A DNA stretch of 64,000 nt from positions 1,364,001-1,428,000 of the forward strand of contig CM074806.1 of NCBI GenBank assembly GCA_037447605.1. Direction: 5' to 3'. The notes below the pieces were generated by a model. That model was not told where the DNA came from, did no database searches, and saw only the letters and a list, made by a program, of their open reading frames with translations. The position numbers and the translations under genes are program-made. The stretch's first letter is position 1; each line of letters starts with the position of its first letter. This document shows, piece by piece, positions 13,219 to 25,100 of this stretch. Origin of the DNA: Zygnema circumcarinatum SAG 698-1b (taxonomy: Eukaryota; Plantae; Zygnematophyceae).

Positions 13219-14705
13219 TTATCGATTTATTGATGGCCATCGATACTTTCCATTCTTAAATGTTTCCTTGTCATCCTCACTTTCTCCTGTCTCCTCCTCT
13301 TCCGACGCTTCAGCGGTCTCTGCTTGCCATATTCGTTCCATGTCCTCCTCAATAAAATCAACAATGGAGACCATCGGCTCCCAAGCAGGATTAATACCCC
13401 GTGTCTTTTCAACGGCCGCCTTAATAGACCTCTGTAGGATGAACCGCAGCCTCTCATCATGCCCTAAGTTTGCAGTCCAGTATTCCTGGGCCTCCTTAGC
13501 AACTATAGCAGTAGCCAAATACTCGTTTCCATAATGGTTACACAAAGTTTCACCATACGTGTGCGCATCTTTATGTATCCAATCCATGGCCTGAGGCACA
13601 AATGCATTCATCGGCTCCTCAAGGTACTCGGCAAGTTTCGGATCTTTCTTCCTCTGGCGCAATCATGGAAGCAAACAGAGAGCAAGTGAGAACACACATA
13701 ACGAGGGCTGACGAGTGGAATTGTTGCGAAGTAAGTGGGTGACGAGGATACCCTAATCGTTAAATTGAAAAATGAGCCAAGCATAGCTACTTTGGAAGGA
13801 GGGGTAACACTACTATTGGTTGGAAAACTGCAAACTCTACATTAAGGGTACATACAAGTTGCCCCGTCCTTTAACACTGGCTTAAATTAGTCCAGAAAGA
13901 TTTCGAATAAAGTTTGACTGAACAACGACAACAGAGAAGTAGTCAAATCTGTCCAGTCTACAAGCCAACATGTCACCAATTGGTGACAACAATGGTCAGC
14001 CGAGCGCAGGATGGAAGCAACTGGGTTATCACCGAATGTAAATAGGCGGGTATGAGGTATTTGTTTATACAAATGGTTCCGAAGTCAAAATGGAAGCCTG
14101 AGTTTTTGCAGGTTGAGTTCACATTAGAGGCCCAAACGGCAGCAGTCCAGCGGCGCCAATACAACTGGAGCGAGCACAAGACAAGCCGTGAGTTCAGGAG
14201 AATGGCCCTGAAAGCATCAGCAATAGCATGGCACTCACCCCTCTCCCTCGCTTGGCACCAGTCGCCCGCGCTCCGCCTTCACTTTCAGAGGAAGAGGCAA
14301 AGAAAACGTTCGTTTGACGCCATGACACCTTTACAGGCGCAAAATTTCCTATGCATTCTCGCTGATTAGACAGCCGAACCTGTGTACGGATAACACACAG
14401 AAATAGAAAAAAGACGTGACTCCTTCACTCCTGCTTTTGCTTGGCTTGGAGAGCGCAACAGTTGCTTTCAGCAATCAAGTCATAGAACCTGTCCAATGAT
14501 AGTTTGAAACCACTTTCAACAGCTCATGCAAGCATTCGTTAGATATAAATTCGCCCTTGAACGCGGTCAAAAGTATCGCTATGGGAATCGAGACACTCTA
14601 TGGAATTACAGCCGATTGCAGGACAGGGGCCATTCAAAAGCACAACAAACACACCTGCGAGCCGACATTCGAGAGCGCGAAGCTGCACTCACAGGCAGCA
14701 GCCAT
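13219..14705 (-). CDS. Hypothetical protein, probably organelle-targeted; internal and 3' exon structure only partly resolved
   Basis: gccgccATGG start at 14705. Exon 14705-14655 (MAAACECSFALSNVGSQ) and exon 14379-14239 join in phase. A downstream exon from the acceptor at 13653 is open for ~140 codons and ends in an acidic stretch. No family recognised. Confidence 0.5.
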
Positions 14706-14981
14706 GGCGGCTGCCCTCCCCTCCGCAGCCAGCGCGCGGATCCTCGTCCTCAGTCGCCTGCTGGAGGGCTGGAGCGGAGTGCGGCAGAAAACTTGCTGAC
14801 GTCATCTGGATGTTATGGATGACATCCTGTAATCGACACTGCAACTGAACGCGGCGTTCCAAGTACCACACGGTGTCGTCGTACGGCGGCGAACATAGAG
14901 TTGAGGGGGGGTGGGGCCCACCCTTGTGGCGCAGGTCGTTCGCCGAGTGCATGCATGAAAATGGACCGGCGGGAGCCCACA

Positions 14982-15036
14982 CATGTACAACATGTGATGG
15001 CCTCGCCATGGTGAGGTCAACGCCACTTCCTCTTCC
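14982..15036 (-). repeat. Dispersed ~95-bp repeat, copy B (5' half only, reverse orientation)
   Basis: Reverse complement reads ggaagaggaagtggcgttgacctcaccatggcgaggccatcacatgttgtacatg. Confidence 0.8.
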
Positions 15037-15976
15037 ACACAAGGCGCTCGTGCTGATCATCAAATTTTTCGCCTTCTTTTTTATGCCATATTCGTCTTTT
15101 TCAAAAGCGCAGAACGATAAAGGAGCAATTCAAAAAAAAAGAGCTATCGTGGTTTCGAAAAAAAGAAACAAAACCGTACACTCAAAAGGCAATAGATACG
15201 AATGTCGTTGTGATTGAATTCTTAATTCTTCAATCTTCAATTCTTCAATTCTTAATTCTTCGTTCATCGTGAGAATTCGAAACAACGGAAGGCCCGTATA
15301 TTAGGTCCACACTGGCCTGCACCTTTGCACGTGCTGCTTCCACATTCATTCCCACGATATCATGGGGACGGGGGGAAGACTTTTTCGCTGACTGTTATGC
15401 CTACTTTCGCTTGCTTAGAGGAGCGACTATTTTTCTTTTTAAATGGGACAAACATGAAATGTTGCCACTTCTTAGTTTGCATGCATGCATACATTCCCAA
15501 GTGCTGGATGGGTACTTTCCCAAAGCAAAGGCATAGGGCACAATATTGCGATTGCATGGGATGGCTCCGAACCACACCTTGTGGCTCGAACGACGACGTT
15601 TACAAGAAGCCACGACATCATATAACGACAAGATCCATTAGGTTCTCAGATTGAATGATAGTGAAGCTCATAAGGGAGTCGCAAAAACGTGAAAGGTTTC
15701 CAAAACTGAAGGGAGAAGGTTAAAAAGGGGGAAAAAGAAGTTGCGAGAGAAGGGGAGATAGGATGGCGAAGTGGGTGCTTAAAAGTGGCCGTCGAACAAC
15801 GGCTTATTTGGGATCACTGCACGAGTTGTATTCGGTAGAGTAAACGAAACGCATGACTTTGAGTCAATGAATCCTTACATGCTTTCACCCCATACAACTC
15901 ATTCATGAAACGATACTTCATTGATTTTGGTTTCATGAGTTTTGTTGCTCTGTCACCGTATTCCCTCGACTACAGA

Positions 15977-16450
15977 CCCTCCCTCTCTCTCTCCCTCCCT
16001 CCCTCCCTCCCTCTCCGTCCCTCTCTCCCTCCCTCCCTCTCCGTCCCTCTCTCCCTCCCTCTCCGTCTCTCCCTCCCTCCCTCCCTCTCCGTCCCTCTCT
16101 CCCCCATCTGAACTCCGCCAAGCTCTCTCTCGGCTTCGCTTCGTGGAGGTGACAAAGGCACTCCGCACCGCGCCCGCTCTCGTACGGACCGTACCAACCG
16201 TACAACGGGCAGCGCGCGGCGCGAGGCCGCGGGGGGTCGTGGCGGCGTCGCACGTGCGGGCGAGGGGCGCGGGCGGGTGACTCGGGGCTCCCCGCGCCGC
16301 GCGCGCCCATTGGCTCGCCGCCGCCACGTTGGCGCAGCCGCCCGCCCGCCCGCCCGACTCTCGCTTCGCCTCTCCTCTCCCTCCCTCCCTCCCTCCCTCC
16401 TTCCGTCCCTCCCTCCCTCTCTCCCTTCCTCCCTCCCTCCCGCCCGCCCT
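15977..16450 (+). repeat. Two polypyrimidine (CCCT/CT) tracts, 15977-16104 and ~16370-16450, flanking a very GC-rich promoter-like core
   Basis: (ccct)n with a recurring ccctccctctccgtccctctct unit. The core contains CGTAC x3, CACGT motifs and ATTGG. Confidence 0.85.
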
Positions 16451-17378
16451 CCACTGCCTCATACCGAGTCGCCTACGGCGCCATAGAGGCGCTCTCGACC
16501 AGCAAGAAAAGCAGGGCTTGCAGGCGAGCTGTTTTACCGCGCTGTGTTAACATCTGCATTGCCTAGGAAGAAGTGGGCGAGGACGGCGTGGGAGGGGAGG
16601 GAACACGCGTAAGAGAAAGGATTAAGTGGTGAGTGCTGGAATATTATTCTTCTCTGGATTTTTTCTCGGTTTCTGCTGCCGTATAGTAGTTAAAGTTTCA
16701 GCTTCGGAATGCCCATCCTGCATCGGAATTTTAGCTGAAATAAATCCCGCAATACTCTAATTTTTTGTTTGTTTGTAGTTTAGCCCAAAATGTTGTGGGC
16801 GAGTGATTGGAATAAAACAAAAAAGCAGAATCTTTGCATTCCTATTTACTCTTTCATCAGGAGAATGAAGCCACGAAGAGTTTAACTTATCTTAGCTCTT
16901 GCGTCAAACGGCTTTCAGCTTCTGGGGAACACAGAGACTGTCTTGCAGTCACGTGGCAGCCCAGCCCCTCTAACATACTACAAGAAGAGTGTCCATTTGG
17001 CAGAGCTGCAAACATCTTTAACTTCTACTTGATATTCAGGACTGCAATTGCATCCGCACAGTTTTTTATAGTTAGGTTCCCTCCAAAAGAAAGTCCGAGG
17101 AAAATCTAGAATCTAGTTTTGAGGCATCTCTTCTGTGAATAGACAGGGAAAACTGCTGCCATTTCCGAAGCACAGACTGCTGCAGGTGTGGAAACTCCTA
17201 AGGAAAAGCATGCTAACCCTTGGAGATGGCTCTTGGAGATATACCAAGTCCCAAAAAGAGAAATGAATCAGCACACAAAGCTCAGCAAATGACGATCCGT
17301 CAAATAACTAACACCACTCAAATCTTTGCAGTTTCTTATACTTGTCTTATTACACAGTTTGTGGGTGGCAGATTCGAA

Positions 17379-19115
17379 ATGGCGGCTGATGCCGTGGGTC
17401 CTCCAGATGGATCAAGCGAAGAGAAGGCGGACAAGCAGAAGGCTGCGGGAGGGAGTGCGACCCCCCCCCCTCTCTCCCTCTCTGACCCCCCCCTGAACCG
17501 CCACATCCGCGCCATCCCCCTCTGGTGGTGGCTGATGAAGCCGCGCACCGCCTTCAAGACTCTTCTGGCCATGAAGGAGGCGGCCTCCAGGAGGGTGCCC
17601 CCTGTGAGGCCTCCATTGGCATACAAACAGGGCTACAGCGGCAGCCTGACGGACGACTTAGAGGCGGGAACTTCAAAGTTGAAGCTGCAAGACGGCATCA
17701 ATCTGCCGCTTGTAGGCGACATTAAGTGGTCGGAAATTTGGGCCTACAGCTTGGAGTGGATCTCAAACCCACTCAACATCGCCCTCTCGTTCTGGTGTAT
17801 ACTTTGCATTGTTCCCTCGGTGATTATTTTGGCGGTCGAGTCGGGGGCCCTGGACCATTGGCTGACGGACGAGTTCATAAGGGAGGAATGGGTGGAGATT
17901 TCAAACCAGGTACTGAACGCGTTATTCGTCCTCATGTGCCTTATTTGGCACCCTGTTTTTTTCCGGCTCAGCTATCAGCTCTACCGTTGGAGTCCCGACG
18001 ATATCCGACAGCTGAGAGGCGAATACTGCCGTGGGGGAACTCGGAAGCCCGACGAATGGTGGCATATATCTGTCATCGTGTTCTGGTTTCACACTACATG
18101 TGTTGCCACTTATGCGCTCGCAGCAGTTTATTGGTTTTACAACCGCTTTGATCGACCCACCGCTGCCGTCCTCATTACAGTAACAGTGTCCTTCGGATCT
18201 CCCATCATTGCATTCACTTACAACATCTTCAGTCCTCTTGGCCGAGACTTTTACTTGGAGGTGGACGACGACTTGGAGCAGCAGCAGCGCACAGGCAGTG
18301 AGCTCTTCAAAGAGTCCAAGCCCAACTTCTACCTCTCTCAAAAGGTCGTGCCATACCCAGAGTGGAGAGGAAGGATCCTCGCAGATTGCTTCCAAAAGCC
18401 GCGGCTTGCCCTCCTCACTGTGCTCTTCCCATTCTGTGTGTTTGGTATCAACATGGAACGGCTCGGGTTCGGACAGCGTTGGGTCCAATCCGCCTCCTTC
18501 GTCCTCATTGTCGTCGGACCCTGTCTCGTATTTGAAATCTCGGCACATACTGTCCGGTTTTACACCATCCAACAGTCGATGATCTACATTGGTCTCTGCT
18601 TGGCAGTGCTCGGCCTCCTGTATGGGGCTTATTGGCGCATGCAAATGCGACGCAAGTTTCGGCTTCCTGCATACAGGTGGTGTTTTGGCATTGCCAGTCT
18701 TACGGACGCGATGATCTGGATATTCTGCTGCTGCTGCGCCATCTGTCAAGAGGTTCGTACTGCGGAATACTACGATATTGGGGATAACGCCTTTTTTGAA
18801 AAGTCGGACGAGGAACGGCGCAAAATAGCTGAGGGGGAGGGGCTGAAGGCAGTTGGTCTTGGCGATGCCTCGAAAAGGGTGGCTCGGATAGGTGAGGGCT
18901 TGAAGGAAGGTTTGGAGGACGCAGGGAAGGGTGTGGTACGAATCCTCACGCGAGTAGGAGGAGGGCTCACCAGCAAGGACAGCTCTTCCTCTTTGTCGGA
19001 GGAGGCCGAGGACGCTGGAGCATCAAGCTCAACGTCGCCACCCGAACCCTCACCGCAAGACCCCATGGCTCCTCCAAAGACCCTGTCAATGGATACAGGG
19101 AAAGGCAAGGACTGA
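17379..19115 (+). CDS. DUF2985/PLAC8-family membrane protein, intronless CDS (578 aa)
   Basis: Long ORF with several TM helices, LNALFVLMCLIWHP, RKPDEWWH, PEWRG, LFPFCVFGINMERLGFG, RMQMRRKFRLP and CCCCAICQEVRT. The true ATG is probably 17379, since an acceptor-like cag lies just upstream. Confidence 0.88.
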   Translation: MAADAVGPPDGSSEEKADKQKAAGGSATPPPLSLSDPPLNRHIRAIPLWWWLMKPRTAFKTLLAMKEAASRRVPPVRPPLAYKQGYSGSLTDDLEAGTSKLKLQDGINLPLVGDIKWSEIWAYSLEWISNPLNIALSFWCILCIVPSVIILAVESGALDHWLTDEFIREEWVEISNQVLNALFVLMCLIWHPVFFRLSYQLYRWSPDDIRQLRGEYCRGGTRKPDEWWHISVIVFWFHTTCVATYALAAVYWFYNRFDRPTAAVLITVTVSFGSPIIAFTYNIFSPLGRDFYLEVDDDLEQQQRTGSELFKESKPNFYLSQKVVPYPEWRGRILADCFQKPRLALLTVLFPFCVFGINMERLGFGQRWVQSASFVLIVVGPCLVFEISAHTVRFYTIQQSMIYIGLCLAVLGLLYGAYWRMQMRRKFRLPAYRWCFGIASLTDAMIWIFCCCCAICQEVRTAEYYDIGDNAFFEKSDEERRKIAEGEGLKAVGLGDASKRVARIGEGLKEGLEDAGKGVVRILTRVGGGLTSKDSSSSLSEEAEDAGASSSTSPPEPSPQDPMAPPKTLSMDTGKGKD

Positions 19116-20787
19116 GGGACAGGAAATAGGCCTTTCTGTGTTTTCTGATGGAAGACATCTGCGTGCGAGATGGTCGCACATGCAGTGACGATGCAGTTAG
19201 TCGAACGTGTTGTGGTGGAAGGAATTCAGCTTCCCAAATTATGTACATTCATCGCTTTTGGAGACAGGAGAATCCTTAGCTGCTTGTTAGATATGTAGTT
19301 TGCCAGCAAGTATGGCATCTCATTTTGGCGCTGCTTGCCATCTCCGTTTATTGTCGGAGTTTTGAGGTAGACCGTAGCACACAAAAGGTCTCAAGTCAGA
19401 TAGACTCCTGTTTATATGAACATCTAATCCAAGCAGGAAAGTAGGGATTGTCGCATGGTTCAGAATCTGCGGTTTTGGAACTAACTCGATCTTGCTGACG
19501 ATAGTCTTGACGGTTTACTTTGTAATATACCTTGAGAGCAAATATACAGGAAAAACACTTCTATTAGCCCATCCTTTGTTTTGCAGGTTTCTTTGCTATG
19601 ATATCAGGCATGCCAGCTGGTGCCTCAATGAAGCACATGATGCGGGCACAATGTCCTTGAGAGCATGCTTGAACATAGAGCAAATTTGTCTCTGGTTTGC
19701 AATCTGTGGCTTCCTCTTGTCTCCCGTTCTGTACGTTGCAAGAAGGTGACTACTGCTCCAGCTTAATGCAAGTCTTGCGCGTCGATGAGACAAAGCTGGG
19801 GTGGCATGTATTGCAAAGTCAGAGGAAGCTATCGCTTGGAGCAGGCGTGCAGGATTCTTTAGGCTCGTACGCGAACAATGTCGATACAGGCGTCCTGGCA
19901 GCAATCCCTAATTGTTTGTGTGAACGAAAGTGGCTGCATGTTCTGAATGATAAACAATTACCCATGGTATATCCGTGTCCCTCTCCACCATTCATATCCG
20001 CTCTGGAAAGCCTTTGAGTTCAAGAGAAGTACAACAGCAATGACGTGATGCGATCACTCGGATGTCCACGAACCCCCCCCACCATTCATCGCCAAGTTGC
20101 AGACGCAAAAGGTCGTATGCATCTCGACGCGAGCGCTATTGCCTGCAGGGCAGACAGCGCTTGCGCTTGCAGCCATGGCCGCCCCCTACACTCTCTGCCT
20201 TGCTCATATCAGCGCTGAGACGCTGAGAGAAGGACGATCCATGCGTACTCTCCGTCACTGTTCATCCTTTTTCCATGTGACGCTTTCCTGACGCCATTCC
20301 CCAGTCGCTCCCAACGCGACGACGTCAGCGAATCCCCTCCAAGCAGAACGACGGCGGGCCTGCGTGTTCCCATTGGCCGCTCATTCCAATCCCGTTCCGG
20401 AGCAGACCAGATTGGCGGGGCGGCGGCGCCACTCTTGGAGCCGGAGCTGAAGGCGCGCATGCCACGGCGGCCATGCGGGGGAGGGAGGGAGGGCTCAGGG
20501 CGGGGGCGGAGAGCACGGAGCCGCGTGAAGGGCCGCCACGTGGGGGGAAGGACGCAGCGCTGGCTGCCACCTGCTCGTGCAGACTCGCTCCGGTTCGATG
20601 GCTGCTTGGTTGTTAGCAGGCACACCCACCAGAAGAGCGATACGTGTACAAAAGGCTGCAGACGTACCGAGTGTGGTTTGCAGTGGAGAAGCGTCAGTGA
20701 AGGAAAGATTTTATAGGTTTCTTGGCGTTACGTCACCGATAGAAGTGTGGAGCTAAAACGAAAAACTGGTTTCCGTGGTTGTTCGTG

Positions 20788-23700
20788 ATGCATTTTGTGA
20801 CACTGACTTTGGTCCTTCTTCATAGCTATGGCTGCTGGGCGAGCCGTACTGATGGATATATACGAAGTTCAGAATTTCATCCAGAGGACCCTACTGGACC
20901 AGTGACGAAAGCAGCTGAACATGGAGTACACATACCGCTGCACCATCGCTTTTCAACTGTTTCCCCGATGGCCAATGAAACTCCCCTCGCACCGCTGGAT
21001 TACGTGCTATGGAGAAAGGCCCAGTCGATAATGCGTGGAGCCACGCTACTGAACCGGTTTGGACAGGTGAACAGAAAAAGTTTATCAAGAACTTTATTTA
21101 AAAGCGACTTAGTTATTAGACTTTATTTGAAAACAATGGCGCCAAGAATGCTTTTTGACACAAGCGTTCTACGTCGGGCCACACCGGTTTGCACAAAAGT
21201 CTATACAGAATTCCGCGGAATTCAACAATTTTTCCACGTCGGCGCTAGCTTTTCCAAAGACAAAAGACTAGAAAGTGAGAGTCAGAAAATTTTTGGAGAG
21301 AAACGCATGTAACATAATTTTTTTTTCTGGATCGGAAATCCTTCAAGTGGATGACTTGGAGATAAATACACAAACGTTATCGCTATTCATAAACGGATAT
21401 GAATTCTCAAATGTAAATCTGCTCCTTGATACATAAATTTTAGTAACGCATACATTTGCATGCCAGCTCTTTGTGTTGTAACTTGAAAGTGTCGAAAATA
21501 GAAAAAAAAAATGTTTTCTGAAAATTAGTGCTGCATTTTAAACATCCCTGCTAGCATATGCATGAAAATCCTTGTAGATGCGGGAGAGTCTGATGCCTTT
21601 TGGTTGGAGGACAGGACCCATCGATAGACTCCAGCAATTTTGCTGGGAATATGACAGCGCCGGATATCTTTAGCATGGCCATACTGAATCTTCCCCTTCA
21701 AGGGGGAGTAGAGAGAATGGGGTAAGCAATGCGCCATGAATGAAAGCTGAATCTTCTGGTTTGTACTTTCTCGGCTGAAAGGAAAACAAATACCATATAT
21801 GCAGTCCAGTGCCACCTGAGCCTTTATTAATCGCATCGAAAAAACCCAATTTTACAGCATGAGTTGCGGGAGGCACACATTGACTATATCAGCCGTTGCG
21901 TTGGTCTCATAACAATAAAGATAAGAATAGCTGGAGCAGTTTCCCTCGCTTATACCGTGAGAGAAAATGTATTGCTGTTTTAATTTCCCTTTGTCACCTT
22001 ACGCTATCTTGCATCCGTTGGTTTGAGCACATGGCAGGCTGTATTACACCTCCATACGCCTAGGTTCCCAAGAGCAGGAACTCGCCGTCATGATTGACAC
22101 AGGCAGCGCCCTTCTCTGGGTTCGATGCACCTCAGATCCAAAGGTACGAAGGATCCTGTGACAGCTAATAACGACGGTGACTTCTTGGCGTATTATGTAT
22201 CGCTCAGTCTGTTCCTAGATAGCGAAACTGTGTGCTCTTGCGTTATAGCAGTCTGAATATCTTCCAGACAGTTAGCGACTAGATTCTTGGAACAGTGATC
22301 ATGCCTTCTTTCTGTGCTTAGCGTCAGATTACTGTGCAGACCGACTTCTACATGCCAAACTCGTCAACCACCGCCGGCACGGTGGACTGCGGCAACTGCA
22401 CGAGACTCAGAGACGAGAGCTGCAGCGGTCAGTATGCTGCCGGCTGCTCATTTGGCTGCAATGCCATCTTCAAGGGGTCGAAGTGCATCGTGGGTTGCAG
22501 GTAAGACGAAAAGGGATGGCTCGCACTTTCTCTATTGCAAAGAAACCATATTAGTGTATCTCCAGAACTTTTGCAATCTCTACGTGTGTCGTGTTTGGTA
22601 CGCGTGAGCTACGGCTTTTTCACCCGAGATGGGAGAATGCAAAAGATGCAGGCTAGACTTGCAAACGTCAAGCAATATACCGAGTCAAAGCAGTTTACAA
22701 TGAGACGACCTGAGTGCCAATCGCATATTCCTGCCTGCTAATTGTATACCTCCTCGCCCTATACCGCCAATGGTGCCCGGCAGTGACGAGGAGGCCTCCC
22801 AGTGCAACTATGCAGTGCTCTACGGCGACCGGAGCCTCACGGCGGGGCGGGTACTGACTGACAATCTCACGCTCGGCTCATCCTCCAACACAGTCTCCGC
22901 CATTGTTGACTTCGGGTAACTCGCTCTCTGCTCGCTTTCTTCAGTAATGCTGGTTATAAGCACACCAGTGGTTCCTGCTCTAATTCTGGATATTGGAGCA
23001 TTTCGTGCTTGCCGCTGTTTAGCACTGAAACACACTTGATGCTGCAGTGTTAAGCACACATGGTTTACATTTTTCAAAGAGCATCTCTCACTGGCACCTT
23101 TGGATTTCAGGTGTGATTTTGTGGGAGAAGGGGCAGTACGACCACCAGTGGAGGGGCTCATGGGGTTAGGTCAGAGTCCTGTCTCCGTCGTCTCACAGTT
23201 AGTGGCACAGAAAGCAATTCCAAACAATATGTTTGCGCACTGTCTTGGAGGGGAGGAGGGAGGCGGCATTTTAACCCTCGGAAATGGAACCACTCCCGAC
23301 ATGCAATTCGTTCCTATGGGCCCCGATCTCGTGTAAGAGTTGTCCCTAAAACAGTCTGTTGTTCACTCCTCTAATCCACGTAGAAAGAGTTCACAAAAGA
23401 CTGCAAATCTCCCAACTTTCAATGTCTTGTTGTAGGACATACAATGTGTCCATTACCGGCATTGCCCTCGAGGGGCAGGCCCTCCGTCTGCCGTCCGACG
23501 CCTTTGTGGCGGCCACGGGGGCACATGGCGCCGTTGTGGACAGCGGCAGTACGGCCATTACCCTGCCTTCTGCCGTATACAGAGAGTTTCTTAAAGAGGT
23601 AAGTTTCGGCTTTATTCTAGTCTCACTCTAGGGATTAGGAGTGAACTTGCAACGCAGGATTGACTTTTGAATTTGAAGATTGAAGATAAAGAGTGCAGCG

Positions 23701-25100
23701 TATCAGCATACCTTTGCTGTCGAAGCAGTAGGGCATGTAGAGGGCGAAAGGAAGCCGCGTTTTATCATGCTTATACCATGGAAAAAGCTGCGCCAATATA
23801 GAGAAAACTGAAATAGAACCAATGAGACATACTCCTGTTCGTTTCTCACTCGTTCCCCCTCATTCTCCATATCCACCTAACTGAGACGCCATTGTTCTTT
23901 GATCCCACCCTTAAAGTGAGCCGCATTGATGTGCACCCTTTGTTCTCCAGTTTCTCGCCATTGTCGGCAAGCAGCCCTCGGTTCGACAGCTATCGCAGGA
24001 GGAGATCAATGAGCTTGCAGGGCGCGACGTCTCGTCCTTTTTGAAAGTGTGCTTCAACACCACTGCAAGGTGCTGCCCGGCATATGCCAACGAGTTTGGG
24101 AGCTTCCCCGGCTCGCTATGGCAACAAAAGGGGGCAATCATCTAGTCATTTTTTATAGCCAGGAGTGATCAACGATGCAGATGCTAAAGGGTTTTAATAA
24201 GGTGTCCTCTCACAAGTCCTTTTATGTATCAGATGTAAGTGGTGGTGACTATGAGCGTGCCTGAGATTGTCTGGCAGTTCAAACGCTGACGTGGCCGCTG
24301 TTTTCCCCAACGCAACCCTCCTACTGAATGGCGCAAACTTTTCGCTCTCGACTGAGAACTACCTTTGGCACTTTGTGAGAATTTCCTCGTTAAACTGCTG
24401 GCCTCACTGTGCACTTCACTTATTCAACTAGAAGGATGTTGAATTGGTCAGAGAGATTGGCGGATGCAGCTCATGGGCAGCAAGGCTCAGAGCCCCATGG
24501 GAAGGAAGGAGAAAGGAGGAAGGAGAGGGAATTTTGCCTCGCGCTGTATTAATCTGTCTTGCTTGAAGCTTTTAACAAGGTTATATGTGTGGCTCTTTGA
24601 GGGAAGCGCAGCAGCCCTTAGTGTGCCTGGGAATCTATGACTCTGCGGAGACTCTGGGAACTCCAGTATACACCATCCTCGGAGGTACATAAACATCACT
24701 TTACCAATTACTAACTAGTTCTGCACTGTCCCTTCATCGACATTGTGCCAGCGCTGCTGACAACCTGAAATCAGCTTTGGACAGAAAACCCTACAAGTGT
24801 TGGCTGGGACTCTTAACATGGCTCCTCACGCAGCATCATTTCAGTCAGGTTCATTTCCATGAGATAGAAGTGCCAGGACGCTTCAGCTTGTGCTTTTGGC
24901 GTATCTCTTTTAGTTGGCTATGCGAGTTCTTTAACCACTGAAGCAAGTCAGGGCGTGCAGATTTTGCGCTGCGCAACCGGGTGGTGCTATACGATCGAGA
25001 GAATGGACGACTTGGATTCAGTGGCTTTGTTAATTGTAAGCAGCTTCTCACTTCTCCTATATTTAAGGCTATTGCGATGAGCCCTATGACTTCTGATTGA
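20788..25100 (+). CDS. Secreted A1-family (pepsin/nepenthesin-like) aspartic protease, ~10 exons; 5' and 3' exon boundaries approximate
   Basis: Signal peptide, LYYTSIRLGS...MIDTGS (22038-22143), CNYAVLYGDRS..G, DFGC, GLMGLG, FAHCL, VVDSGST (~23437-23598), CLGI...ILGDFALRNRVVLYDRENGRLGF. Confidence 0.88.

Noticed and set aside
15933-16550. Overlapping P/S/L- and E/G/R-rich ORFs
   Set aside because: Produced by CCCT tracts and GC-rich promoter DNA; no coding signature.
17922-18749. 275-aa minus-strand ORF
   Set aside because: Antisense shadow of the PLAC8 CDS.
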